Positions 35,241-44,895 of a stretch of DNA of 64,000 nt are shown here, piece after piece (positions within the stretch are counted from its first letter, which is position 1; every line of letters begins with the position of its first letter). Under the pieces are notes generated by a model. It saw only the letters and a program-made list of their open reading frames with translations. It was not told the origin of the DNA and ran no database searches. The stretch covers positions 62,001-126,000 of the IMG/VR virus record IMGVR_UViG_3300045125_000071; one strand, 5' to 3'. A program made the position numbers and the translations under genes.

Positions 35241-35576
35241 ATGAAAAAAATTGAATCACAAAAAATTAAAACACTCAAAATCGATGGTAAATACAATGAT
35301 TTCCATACTTTCTATGAAAAAAATAAAAAAATTATATATGATTCAATATTAGAAACTTTTTGATGAATTTGTTGATAATTCAGAAAACAAACATCTAATA
35401 CTTTTTATATCAACAAATATCGAAGAAGAGGGTTGGGATACTGAATTTAAATTCAAAAAAGAAGATTATATAATTTTGAAAAGGGATTTGAATGCCGATA
35501 TTATGAAGAAATCGAAGATTATGAAATGTGTTCAAAAATAATTGAATTGGATAAACACTTTACATCTACATTATAA
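35241..35576 (+). CDS. Hypothetical protein, frameshifted
   Basis: ATG at 35241; EEIEDYEMCSKI C-terminal helix. Confidence 0.4.
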
Positions 35577-35657
35577 TTTTATAAATTATATTATATAAAT
35601 GTAAAGTACGTTTATTATTTTTTTGTCGAAACCCTAATGTATCCACATTAGGTTTTT

Positions 35658-35950
35658 TTAATCAATTACCTCATCATCACCATAAGATTGGACTGATGAA
35701 TTTTCATCTTTCTCTTTATCTTCTTTTTGAATTAATGTACTTATCAACAGATGCTATTCCAAAACACCTCTAATGTTAAAATTAAAAATGAATTAAAAAT
35801 AAAATCTGTAATTATCAGTTCTTTCCCTATATAACCAGTTACAATATCGGCAATAGCAAATATTGTCATTATTGTAAAAGATGCGAAACCGATGATTGAT
35901 TTTTCATTAATATGATTATCGTCAGAAAATAAATTTTTAAAGAATCCCAT
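35658..35950 (-). CDS. Small membrane protein (holin-like), frameshifted
   Basis: MGFFKNLFSDDNHINEKSIIGFASF with two hydrophobic segments. Confidence 0.45.
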
Positions 35951-36034
35951 AGTTATATTTTTTTGTCTACATATAAATATACACAAAATCAGTAGAGCAA
36001 TTGTTTATTTCTAATTAATATTTTCTTACCTAAA

Positions 36035-36361
36035 TCAATCCTGGTTTCGATTTGTGGTATAGAAAAAATCAATAATTTCGACGATTTCATATATTAAATG
36101 ATTCTCTAAACCTTTTATTTTAGAATTATTTTCAAAATAAATGTATTTGTGTTTTTCTAAATTGAACTTTACGTCTTTATATATAAATTTAAAATTATTT
36201 AATTCATTCCTAATTTTTTCCAAATTTAATAAATGAGGAGACAATTTTTTCTCAATAAACGAATTATCAACCTTTTGTAAGTAATTTAATAAAACATATT
36301 GTTTATGTTCGAAATCTATGGGGGGTTCTATGTACCAATCAATTTTTAATATATCCAACAT
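36035..36361 (-). CDS. Hypothetical protein
   Basis: MLDILKIDWYIEPPIDFEHKQYVLL; late motif upstream. Confidence 0.55.
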   Translation of the reverse strand: MLDILKIDWYIEPPIDFEHKQYVLLNYLQKVDNSFIEKKLSPHLLNLEKIRNELNNFKFIYKDVKFNLEKHKYIYFENNSKIKGLENHLIYEIVEIIDFFYTTNRNQD

Positions 36362-36467
36362 CGCATAATTTCTATATAAATATTTTTTCAAAATTAATAT
36401 TGCTCTTATGTTTTTATTCTTTTTTTGATTATTTATTGTTGTAATAATCATAATAAAGATTCACTAA

Positions 36468-37533
36468 ATGTATTTGGAGCCTAAAGTTTTATTCATCCTA
36501 AAAAGAAGACATGATTATAATTCAGAAAAACATATAAATGTTAATTTAAGTACTGGATTATATAATTCAGCATCATTCATGAATGATATGTTAAATGAGA
36601 ATGAGTGCTGAGTCTAACATTGTTGTTGTGCTTGATAATAATGAAATAGATAAGTATGTTACAAAATACAAGCCAACACATGTTATTATTGAAGCATTAT
36701 GGGTTGTACCAACAAAATTTCATATATTAAAAAGCTCCATCCAAACGTAATCTGGATTATAAGATTACATAGTGAAACTCTCATTTTAGCAAATGAAGGT
36801 ATTGCATTTGACTGGTTAGGTGATTATTTAACATTTGATAATGTAATTATTGCAGTAAACGCTAAAAGAATATTGAACGAATTAAGGGAATTTATAAAAA
36901 GTAAATTTCATCCTTACGTTCATATAGATTTTATTGAAAATAGAGTTATATATTTACCTAATTATTATCCACAAACATATACAATAAAAGAATTTGATAG
37001 AGAAAAAGACCATGTGGATATTTCCTGTTTTGGCGCAATCAGACCATTAAAAATCATATGGTACAAGCATTAGCTGCTCTAAAATTTGCTGAAAGTATTG
37101 ATAAAAAATTGTATTTTCACATAAATACTGGCAGAATCGAACAAAAGGGGGATTCAATTTTAACTAATTTACAATCACTTTTTCACATATTCATAATAAC
37201 GGACATAGGTTGATTAACCATGGCTGGATGCCAAGAGAAGAGTTTTTAAAGGTATGTAAAACAATAGATATTGGTATGCAGGTTTCTTTTTCAGAAACAT
37301 TCAATATTGTTGCGGCAGATTTAATTACACAAGGTGTGCCAATTGTTGGGTCTAATGAAATTCCCTGGACAACAAAATTATTTAGCACGAATCCAACTGA
37401 CAGTGATAAAATATCTGATAAACTTTATTTCACCTATAAATTCCCGAAATTGAATTTAAAAATACATAAATATTTATTAAAAAGATATACTAATAAAACC
37501 ATAAAAATATGGTTAAAATTTCTAAACAGATAA
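36468..37533 (+). CDS. Glycosyltransferase (GT4-like), fragmented
   Basis: FGAIRPLK, DIGMQVSFSETFNIVAADLITQGVPIVGS. Confidence 0.7.
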
Positions 37534-37536
37534 AAA

Positions 37537-37731
37537 ATGAACATAAAATTAAGACTTACAATTTTTGATTGGGATAATGGTGTATGGGGTAATAGAAATT
37601 ATTATTTTGCAACATTGGAAGAAGCGAAAAAAAGAATGAAAAAAGAAAAAGGTAGAGGAAAAATTTACAACATGAAAGGTCAGGTTATTCATTCTGAAAA
37701 CAACACAGGCAACAATTATTCCGAAAACTGA
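37537..37731 (+). CDS. Hypothetical protein
   Basis: 64-aa ORF. Confidence 0.5.
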   Translation: MNIKLRLTIFDWDNGVWGNRNYYFATLEEAKKRMKKEKGRGKIYNMKGQVIHSENNTGNNYSEN

Positions 37732-37735
37732 TATT

Positions 37736-38629
37736 ATGAAATTAGCCAATTTGCTAACAGAAGATAATAGTTACAAGGTATCATATTCTGGCGTTATCCT
37801 TGACGAAAATTCAAAAAAGATTTATTAAATCATGTTCAAATCCCATCTGGTTGGAAAACATATGCCCACCATATGACAATCTGTTTAGGACCCTTACCAG
37901 AAAATCTTAAAGATTTAAAAGGGAAAAAACAAACATTAAGAATAACTAAGATAGGTAAATCAGAAAAAGCAATAGCATTTGGAATTGAAACCGATTTATC
38001 ATTGAATAAAATACCTCATATTACAGTTGCCATAAATACATCTATCGGTGCGAAACCAAAAGACAGCAATGACATAACCGAATGGGAAGACATTGAACCA
38101 TTTGTTGTGTACGGACGAGTTGATGAGGTTATGGTACAACCACCATTTAGACCAAGCGGACAACCCTTAATACTAAATGTTTTGATTTTGATGGTACACT
38201 TATGGATTCACCCACACCAGAAATTGGTAAACCGTTGTATAAAGAATTAACGGGTTCTGACTGGAAATATAGAGGTTGGTGGGGACAAGTTGACAGCTTA
38301 AAACCTTTTGATGTAAAACCAATAGAGAAAACACAAAAATTGTATCACGCTTATACTTCATTACCCAACTCGGTGAGTATATTGATGACAAACAGAATAC
38401 CCAAGTTTGAACCTGTTGTCAGAGAAAAACTTAAAGATTATTATATCTTCGATTATTATGATTTCAAAATGACCATAGAGAAAAACCTGATAGGATTATG
38501 GACATTTTGAGGTTAAACCCATCAATTAAAGTAATAAATATCTTCGATGATATGGATGAACAAATCGCCAGGTTCCAAATATTCAAGGAACAACATCCAG
38601 AATATGAAGTGAATATTTATCAGATTTGA
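37736..38629 (+). CDS. RNA end-healing enzyme: 2H phosphoesterase (CPDase) plus Swiss-army-knife-type HAD phosphatase; three indels
   Basis: HHMTI and PHITVA 2H motifs; after correcting gtttt, NVFDFDGTLMDSP (HAD motif I), GWW..SL, LMTNR, IFDD. Confidence 0.75.
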
Positions 38630-38699
38630 TTGATTATCAATGAGTTATACATTTTTTAAAAAAATCTATCAAAATTCTTTTTTATAACCATTATTTCCC

Positions 38700-38744
38700 T
38701 ATATTTGTTATAGAAATGTCACAAACGACATTGTTCTTTGACAT
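38700..38744 (+). promoter_or_regulatory. Bacteroidota-type -7 promoter element plus boxA-like antiterminator
   Basis: TATATTTG at 38700-38707; GTTCTTTGACAT at 38733-38744. Confidence 0.6.
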
Positions 38745-38756
38745 AATGGTAAAGAT

Positions 38757-39047
38757 GGTCGAGTGATGAAATTGGTAGCACATGCAAGACTTATACAATT
38801 TGAGTGCACAAGAGGAAACTCTTGATGTAGAATTCCGTAAATTCGGTGAACCCTGTAAAATGGGAATACCGAGCCAAGCATCAGCAATGATGAAGGTGTA
38901 GAGACTAGACACGGAACACCTAAATCGTAAGATATGGTGAAGGTATAGTCCAGAGTACAAACACAGCAATGTGGTAGTGAAAACTATAGTACTAAGAAAA
39001 TCTTGTGGGCAGTAATGCCCGTGTGGGTTCGAACCCCACCTCGACTA
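38757..39047 (+). tRNA. trnL: tRNA-Leu(UAA), intron-containing (exons 38757-38792 and 38997-39047)
   Basis: Spliced: GGTCGAG/CTCGACT acceptor, CAAGA-CTTAAAA-TCTTG anticodon arm, long variable arm GGGCA-GTAA-TGCCC, GTGGG-TTCGAAC-CCCAC T arm. Confidence 0.92.
38793..38996 (+). mobile_element. Group I intron (204 nt, trnL/IC3-like), no ORF
   Basis: Inserted after U34, ends in G; P AAATTCGGTGAA, Q AATACCGAGCCAAG, R GTAGAGACT, S AAGGTATAGTCC; P3 TTCCGT/ACGGAA. Confidence 0.9.
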
Positions 39048-39093
39048 CAGGACGTATTTTGTACTTTTTCGTGGTATTTATTATAAAAAATAA

Positions 39094-39723
39094 ATGCCAA
39101 GAAAAGAACATGATTATCACTACATTTATAAAACAACCAATCTATTAAATGGTAATTTTTATGTTGGGATGCACTCAACAAGTGATTTAAACGATGGTTA
39201 TTTAGGTAGTGGTGTAAGAGTAACAAGGTCAATAAAAAAACATGGTAAAAAAATTTTAGTATTGAAATACTCGAATTTTTACCCAATAGAAAAGCCTTAA
39301 AAGAAAGAGAGAAAGAAATTGTAAATGAACAATTTTTACAAAATGAAAATTGTTTAAACCTCCAACCTGGAGGTGGTGGTGGGTTTGTCAATAGTAACCA
39401 CAAAGAAAAATTTTTTGAAGGTTCCAAAAAATATCAGTTTAAGACTGAAGATGCTGCAAAAGGAAAAAAGATTTTTTAGAGCGTTATTATAATGACGAAG
39501 AATTTAGAAAATATTATAAATCAAGATTAAGACCTTATAATTGGACAGGTAGAAAACATAAAGAAGAAACAAAATTCAAAATAAGTATAATCAATTCTGA
39601 AAAACAAAAGGGAGACAAAAATTCCCAATTTGGTACTTGTTGGATTACCAATGGTATAGAAAACAAGAAAATAAAAAAACAGACGAAATACCTATGGGTT
39701 GGAGATTGGGTAGAGTAGTTTAA
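39094..39723 (+). mobile_element. GIY-YIG (Seg-like) homing endonuclease gene, frameshifted
   Basis: YIYKTTN...FYVGMHST...DGYLGSG; NUMOD-type KHKEETK; C-terminal GWRLGR. Confidence 0.85.
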
Positions 39724-39815
39724 AATATCGTACTTTTTGATTAGAGCAGTTGGGTTCATCAACCCTTCGGAATGCAGACAGCGGAGATGAGCGACCCGTC
39801 TAATCATTTTTACAT

Positions 39816-39888
39816 AGTCAGGTGGCGAAATTGGCAGACGCAATGTGAAACGGTACAACTTATACTAAAGTAACATGGAGAAGTCCAC
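39816..39888 (+). ncRNA. Truncated tRNA-scaffold element (5' part only)
   Basis: 70/73 identical to 43040-43112 but lacks T arm and 3' acceptor strand. Confidence 0.75.
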
Positions 39889-40094
39889 GTACTATTAAAA
39901 TAATTAAAAACAAAAAGGTATGAAAAAATATCATTTAACAATTTTGAGAAACGATAACTATGAAACTGTTTTTGGTGAAATGAGTTCAATAGTGAGTTTC
40001 TTACTGATAGAGAAAGAAATTGGAAATAAAACCCATATATTGTATTCGCGAGAACTAACTGAGTCAGAGTGGGAATTAGTTAAGTAAAACAAAT

Positions 40095-40223
40095 AGTCAG
40101 GTGGCGGAACGGGGTATCAGATACTCTTTGGCAGACGCTAATATGCTGAGTCCTTTTGGAGCTAACATCCTTTCGCGATTGGATTAAATGGGGGACGTAT
40201 AGGTTCGAATCCTGTCCTGACTA
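40095..40223 (+). ncRNA. tRNA-scaffold RNA 1 (129 nt)
   Basis: AGTCAGG...CCTGACT-A; D loop with inserted hairpin; ATAGG-TTCGAAT-CCTGT; branched insert. Confidence 0.85.
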
Positions 40224-40401
40224 CAAAAACTATAAATCGTGGAAAAAATAAAAGTAAAATATCCTCACTTATTAAAGTTCCTAATAGGGTTTTACAAGCC
40301 TCTTTAGCTTTTTATATGATTTATCATTTTAACTTTTTACACTTAATAGGTTATTTAATTTTATTAATAAGTCTTCATAGTATTAAAATGTATAACATAA
40401 T

Positions 40402-40425
40402 CAGGTTCGAATCCTGCCCTGACTA
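40402..40425 (+). repeat. Orphan 3' half of a tRNA-scaffold element
   Basis: CAGGTTCGAATCCTGCCCTGACTA with no upstream AGTCAGG partner. Confidence 0.75.
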
Positions 40426-40441
40426 CTTAAAATTTAAAAAA

Positions 40442-40633
40442 ATGGAAAGATATAAGTGTATTCGTAATTATCCTGGTGGACCTGGAAAAGACGTGGTAGT
40501 ATACCATCCACATAAAGAAGTGGCCTATAAGGATAGATATTTCAAACAAAAGAATGAAGAAAATTCTCGTAACTATATTTTTTTTGATGAAGACTACGTA
40601 AAAAAGTTTCCGAAATATTGGAAAAAAATATAA
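40442..40633 (+). CDS. Small hypothetical protein between array elements
   Basis: ATG at 40442 after an A-rich leader. Confidence 0.5.
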   Translation: MERYKCIRNYPGGPGKDVVVYHPHKEVAYKDRYFKQKNEENSRNYIFFDEDYVKKFPKYWKKI

Positions 40634-40641
40634 TCTAAAAT

Positions 40642-40745
40642 AGTCAGGTGGCGTAGTGGTATCGCAGCACCCTCACGGTTGAGACTAACGGCTAATGGCA
40701 CTCTGTATGATAAAGCTGACGCAGGTTCGATTCCTGCCCTGACTG
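40642..40745 (+). ncRNA. tRNA-scaffold RNA 2 (104 nt)
   Basis: AGTCAGG...CCTGACT-G; GCAGG-TTCGATT-CCTGC; insert closed by CAGC/GCTG. Confidence 0.85.
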
Positions 40746-40765
40746 CTAATCATATTATCTTCTTT

Positions 40766-41249
40766 GAAACAACTGTTGGTCAACACTGAACAAGTAACAG
40801 ATAAATCAGGTATGTAGAACCTAAAATTCTATAAAAGAATGGATGGTGTCTACATTGAAATTATCTACAATCCTCAACGTCAAGGTTGGAATTAATGACG
40901 AAATATAAAGGACAAAAACCTTTGCAGCTCCCACTGCTAAAGAGATGGGTAGAAACAAGTGTAGAACTATATTATCTGTTTAGTCTCATGGTTCTAAGAC
41001 ATGAGTAGGGTTTGGGTTGACGTGTAGTTTATTGTAAGAAAACTGAGCAGTACCTTTTATACTGGTACAATTAAATTTCCCGTCTTAGAGGGCGACAGTT
41101 GTTTCTTTCTTATGTGCTTTACACTAGAGATGGTAACACAGAATGTGTGTATTGCAGTCAATAAGATGTGTGTTGTTCTCTTGAGAAAGGAATGAAGGAG
41201 TAACAAGTTTATCGTTAACACCACTGGGGACTTCTCATCCCCATTTTTT
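40766..41249 (+). ncRNA. Large structured ncRNA candidate (about 480 nt), family unassigned
   Basis: Long-range helices 40766-75/41096-105 and 40796-804/40972-80, many local hairpins, no ORF, boxA-like motif upstream, terminator 41225-41249. Confidence 0.7.
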
Positions 41250-41273
41250 CTATTCTGACTAAAAATTAAAATT

Positions 41274-41429
41274 ATGGAAAACGAATTGGAGAAGAAAGAA
41301 AAATGTAAATGTGGTAATTCACCACAAGAATTGCATACATGTCCTTATGCGGAAGATGTACAAGGGGATAGTATAACCTTGTGCAATTGTTGTTCGGATT
41401 GTGAGAATCAATGCATTGCAGACATATAA
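41274..41429 (+). CDS. Small Cys-rich protein (51 aa)
   Basis: MENELEKKEKCKCGN...HTCPYAEDV...LCNCCSDCENQC; below ORF-track cutoff. Confidence 0.6.
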   Translation: MENELEKKEKCKCGNSPQELHTCPYAEDVQGDSITLCNCCSDCENQCIADI

Positions 41430-41590
41430 AAATAGCCAGGTGGTATCAGTTGTTTCTTTTTTATGTGTTAATGTTCATATTTTCTCTTGTTCACGTAACG
41501 TGAACAAAGAAAAATAAAACAGACCCACGCTTCCCATCTCGAAGGATAATGAGAGGGAATAATACGTCCTTTAAGGTCTGTTTTTAATAT

Positions 41591-41720
41591 AGTCAGTGGC
41601 GGAATTGGTTAGACGCGGTAGAGTCCGAAAGGTTAGCACTCTATGACTGCAAGCGAAACTCTGACTGCTAACACAAAGAGGAGTATAATTGCAATGCAGG
41701 TTCGAATCCTGTCCTGACTA
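41591..41720 (+). ncRNA. tRNA-scaffold RNA 3 (130 nt)
   Basis: AGTCAG(G missing)TGGCGGAATTGGTTAGACGC...GCAGGTTCGAATCCTGTCCTGACT-A. Confidence 0.85.
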
Positions 41721-41857
41721 CCGATGGTTAAAGTCCCTACGAGTTGTGACAATTAAAACGATGTTGTCATTATCGAAAGATACCTCACCATAAAACTCTG
41801 GGCAAACTCCCCTAACAGGAAACTGAACGGGTTGACAGCTTGGAAAGACAAGCAAAT

Positions 41858-41947
41858 AGTCAGGTGACGGAATGACATCCGTTAGAAAAGGTGTGAGGGC
41901 GAACGTGGTCGGAAAGCACCTAGTAGGTTCGAATCCTGCCCTGACTG
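41858..41947 (+). ncRNA. tRNA-scaffold RNA 4 (90 nt)
   Basis: Same acceptor and T arm; D stem ACGG/CCGT; insert closed by AGGTG/CACCT. Confidence 0.85.
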
Positions 41948-42065
41948 CTGATTCAGTTTGCCCGTGGTAACGGATTGATGGGAGAAATCCTTGCAATCTT
42001 CTGTAATCAAAATCCAATTATTGTCTCACTGGTAATTGGGCTAAATGTGAGAAAAAACGGGACAT

Positions 42066-42183
42066 AGTCAGGTGGCGGAATGGTGCCAAAGTATAAAACA
42101 AAGGGCAGGACACAAAGTCACTGAACACAGAGGAGAGGTTGAGGAACTCCCATTACTTACAGGTTCGAATCCTGTCCTGACTG
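42066..42183 (+). ncRNA. tRNA-scaffold RNA 5 (118 nt)
   Basis: Same scaffold; multi-hairpin insert closed by AAGTA/TACTT. Confidence 0.85.
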
Positions 42184-42276
42184 CTAAAACAACTAAGTTG
42201 ATTAACACCAGACAGTAACAAGAGGAAGCAGCACTATACCAGTTAAAGTCTGGGATTGTTACCTCATAATCTAAGA

Positions 42277-42342
42277 TATGAGTGGTTTGGGTTAATGTAT
42301 GACAGTTTTGAACAGAGAGTGGTTCGACTCCACTATTCATAC
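42277..42342 (+). pseudogene. Degenerate tRNA-like sequence
   Basis: TATGAGT/ATTCATA acceptor and AGTGG-TTCGACT-CCACT T arm; no credible D or anticodon arm. Confidence 0.4.
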
Positions 42343-42469
42343 TCTACTTAGAAGGCAGCTTAGTTGTTTTAAACTTATACTGGTTTTTGATACCGCTTTA
42401 CCGTTAGGAACGGGTATACCCCAAAACAGAATACAAAATGGTATGACAAGCCTGGAGAGACAGGCAAAT

Positions 42470-42609
42470 AGTCAGGTGGCGGAATTGGTAGACGCAGGGT
42501 CTACCTCAAGCGATTAGAGTATACGAGACGGGTGAAAGTTCCTCATTCCAAGTTGACCACGCTTACCCTTTAAAGGCAATTATACAGGTTCGATTCCTGT
42601 CCTGGACTG
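42470..42609 (+). ncRNA. tRNA-scaffold RNA 6 (140 nt)
   Basis: Leu-type D arm GCGGAATTGGTAGACGC; insert closed by AGGGT/ACCCT; one extra G in 3' strand. Confidence 0.85.
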
Positions 42610-42722
42610 CAAAAAATTAAACATATAGTGTATATCGATAAATGCATCGTTAATTATTTTGGCGATTATGGGTATTGTGTTTTTGGGGTATTGTTACACA
42701 AAAAGGTGGATTATAAAGATAT

Positions 42723-42799
42723 AGTCAGGTGGCTGAATTGGTGACAGAGGCACACCGTTAAACGACGGGTGGATGCGGGTTCGAATCCTGTCCTGACTG
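42723..42799 (+). ncRNA. tRNA-scaffold RNA 7 (77 nt)
   Basis: tRNA-sized but anticodon-position hairpin CCGT-TAAACG-ACGG is non-canonical. Confidence 0.8.
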
Positions 42800-42885
42800 C
42801 TAGGTAAGTTGCAAGTAAATGTCGTGATTCATGAACTTACGACCACTAGAAAGGAGCTGACTGCTGGGAAACGAGACAGCACTAT

Positions 42886-42962
42886 AGTCAGGTGGTGTAA
42901 TTGGTAGCACAACATCCGACAAGGGATGGAGGAGTCTAAAGGTTCGATTCCTGTCCTGACTA
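42886..42962 (+). ncRNA. tRNA-scaffold RNA 8 (77 nt)
   Basis: CATCC-GACAAG-GGATG 6-nt loop lacking U33. Confidence 0.8.
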
Positions 42963-43039
42963 CGATTAGAGGTATAGGGGTACCCTGAGGCGAAGTACAA
43001 GCCATGGTCACTGAATGTAAACCAACTCTAAACTAATTT

Positions 43040-43140
43040 AGTCAGGTGGTGAAATTGGCAGACGCAATGTGAAACGGTACAACTTATACTAAAGTAGCTT
43101 GGAGAAGTCCACTTTACAGGTTCGAATCCTGTCCTGACTA
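43040..43140 (+). ncRNA. tRNA-scaffold RNA 9 (101 nt)
   Basis: Same scaffold; insert duplicated at 39816. Confidence 0.85.
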
Positions 43141-43157
43141 CAAAAAACAAAAAAACT

Positions 43158-43337
43158 ATGAGCAACAATTCAAGTTCCAGTGGTATTGGTTTACCAACAA
43201 TTCTTTTTATTGTATTTTTGGTATTAAAACTAACTAATTACATTGATTGGTCATGGTGGTGGGTAACTTCTCCATTATGGATTTCTGCAATATTATATAT
43301 CATTCTCATTGTTGTTATTGAGAAAATTTTTCGTTGA
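43158..43337 (+). CDS. Small membrane protein (59 aa)
   Basis: MSNNSSSSGIGLPTILFIVFLVLKL...IDWSWWWVTSPLW. Confidence 0.7.
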   Translation: MSNNSSSSGIGLPTILFIVFLVLKLTNYIDWSWWWVTSPLWISAILYIILIVVIEKIFR

Positions 43338-43355
43338 CTTTGAAAATTAAATAAA

Positions 43356-43583
43356 ATGGACTATTCGGATGCAAGAATAAAAGCATTGTATCTTAAATGG
43401 AAGACATCTACATGTGACCAAGGAGAAAAGTGTTGGTGTCGTGTGATTAAATGCGAAGAATCATTGATGTATAAGGAGTATGAAGGTGATGATGAACAAG
43501 AATACAATGTGGTGGGCCCAGGGCTATTGGACAAAGAAACTGTTGAACATATTGTCAAACTTCACAACGATTCAATTAAGTGA
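43356..43583 (+). CDS. Hypothetical protein
   Basis: 75-aa ORF with C.QGEKCWC motif. Confidence 0.55.
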   Translation: MDYSDARIKALYLKWKTSTCDQGEKCWCRVIKCEESLMYKEYEGDDEQEYNVVGPGLLDKETVEHIVKLHNDSIK

Positions 43584-43599
43584 ATCTCAAAAAACAAAC

Positions 43600-43945
43600 A
43601 TGAACAAAGTCGTAATTAACGGAAACACAGTAAGTGGTAATTTTGCTGCCGACAACCTTATTATAATTAACGGAAAGGTTTTTGTCAATGGGAAAGATGT
43701 TACACCTGATGCAAAAGAAATAAACATTACCATTCAAGGGTCTGTTGAAAAATTGGAGGTCGATGCTTGTTCAAAAATAACCATTGATGGTGATGTCCAT
43801 AATGTCACAACCAAAAGCGGTGATGTCGATATTTCGGGGAACGTTAGCGGTAATGTTCAAACCATGTCTGGGTGATGTTGATTGCGGAAATGTCAGTGGT
43901 TCGATTTCAACAATGAGTGGTGACATTAAGCACAAACATATTTAA
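43600..43945 (+). CDS. Beta-solenoid-like hypothetical protein (one indel near 43870)
   Basis: Repeating GDV/GNV..V.T.SG units. Confidence 0.6.
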
Positions 43946-43952
43946 ATAAAAC

Positions 43953-44068
43953 AGTCAGGTGGCGGAGTGGTAGACGCAGAGTTTAGGGTTACTGATGTAG
44001 ATAGGTAACTGGTCACGCAGCGAGATAGCGTACTCTTTCTATCGCAGGTTCGATTCCTGTCCTGACTA
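43953..44068 (+). ncRNA. tRNA-scaffold RNA 10 (116 nt)
   Basis: Insert closed by AGAGT/ACTCT with GTTAC/GTAAC hairpin. Confidence 0.85.
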
Positions 44069-44137
44069 CTAATCTTTTTTAACTTCAGATTAACCATAAA
44101 AAGAAAAGTTAATGACATCTTGGAAAGACAAGAAAAT

Positions 44138-44227
44138 AGTCAGGTGGCGCAAGTGTGAAGAATAATCACCATGGGTAAGCGAGCTGTGGAAACACGGAGG
44201 TTGTGGGTTCGAATCCCACCCTGACTA
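44138..44227 (+). ncRNA. tRNA-scaffold RNA 11 (90 nt)
   Basis: Compensatory T stem GTGGG/CCCAC; hairpin in D loop; anticodon position is CTGTG-GAAA-CACGG. Confidence 0.85.
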
Positions 44228-44241
44228 CAAAAATAAAACTT

Positions 44242-44394
44242 ATGAAAAAGTATAACGTCCTATTGGGTATTATTGGGTATATTTTGACAGTGTGTGTAGC
44301 GCCAGCATTGTTTATTGAAAAACATTACATATTAGCACTAATATCTTTTATAGGGGGAATTGCAGTAATCGATTATAACAGAGGTGGCAATTAA
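44242..44394 (+). CDS. Small membrane protein
   Basis: Two hydrophobic segments. Confidence 0.5.
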   Translation: MKKYNVLLGIIGYILTVCVAPALFIEKHYILALISFIGGIAVIDYNRGGN

Positions 44395-44400
44395 TTACAT

Positions 44401-44547
44401 AGTCAGGTGGCGCAATGGTAGACGCTGTAAAAGTAAGATATGGGGATTGTGCACTCGGTGTTATCCTACGCACAAGGCTTAGATAGTTTTAGCAAAAACG
44501 GAAAGTCTTACAAAACTATTATACAGGTTCGAATCCTGTCCTGACTG
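44401..44547 (+). ncRNA. tRNA-scaffold RNA 12 (147 nt, longest)
   Basis: Same scaffold; branched insert. Confidence 0.85.
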
Positions 44548-44562
44548 CAAAAAATTAAAAAT

Positions 44563-44778
44563 ATGAAACAACCTAAAATACAAATTACGGACATCCACGG
44601 AGAAGATTGGGGTGTTAAAAAAGTCACACATCTTGGTTGGAATATTAATGGAAACTTAGTCGAAATAAAAGTTGACTTTATGGGTAATTATTACGACTTG
44701 ATGGTAATGTATGATATTGATTGTACTGGTACATTTACCAATATTCATGGTAACTTAAAAGGTAAACTAATTTTTTGA
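44563..44778 (+). CDS. Hypothetical protein
   Basis: 71-aa ORF between elements. Confidence 0.55.
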   Translation: MKQPKIQITDIHGEDWGVKKVTHLGWNINGNLVEIKVDFMGNYYDLMVMYDIDCTGTFTNIHGNLKGKLIF

Positions 44779-44788
44779 ATAAAAAAAC

Positions 44789-44895
44789 AGTCAGGTGGCG
44801 GAATGGTAGACGTAGAATCGGAAACCTAATGAGGTAGTGAACGAAAGATTTGGATAACTGCGGTTATCGTACAGGTTCGATTCCTGTCCTGACTG
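44789..44895 (+). ncRNA. tRNA-scaffold RNA 13 (107 nt)
   Basis: Variable-arm-like GATAAC-TGCG-GTTATC; anticodon arm replaced. Confidence 0.85.

Noticed and set aside
42277-42342. Functional tRNA
   Set aside because: Only acceptor and T arm pair; no D or anticodon stem, so it is kept as a degenerate element
41718-43011. ORFs 41718-42017, 42068-42340, 42299-42517 and 42800-43011
   Set aside because: Chance frames across tRNA-like elements; translations show the typical antisense-tRNA pattern (GFEP, GIEP)
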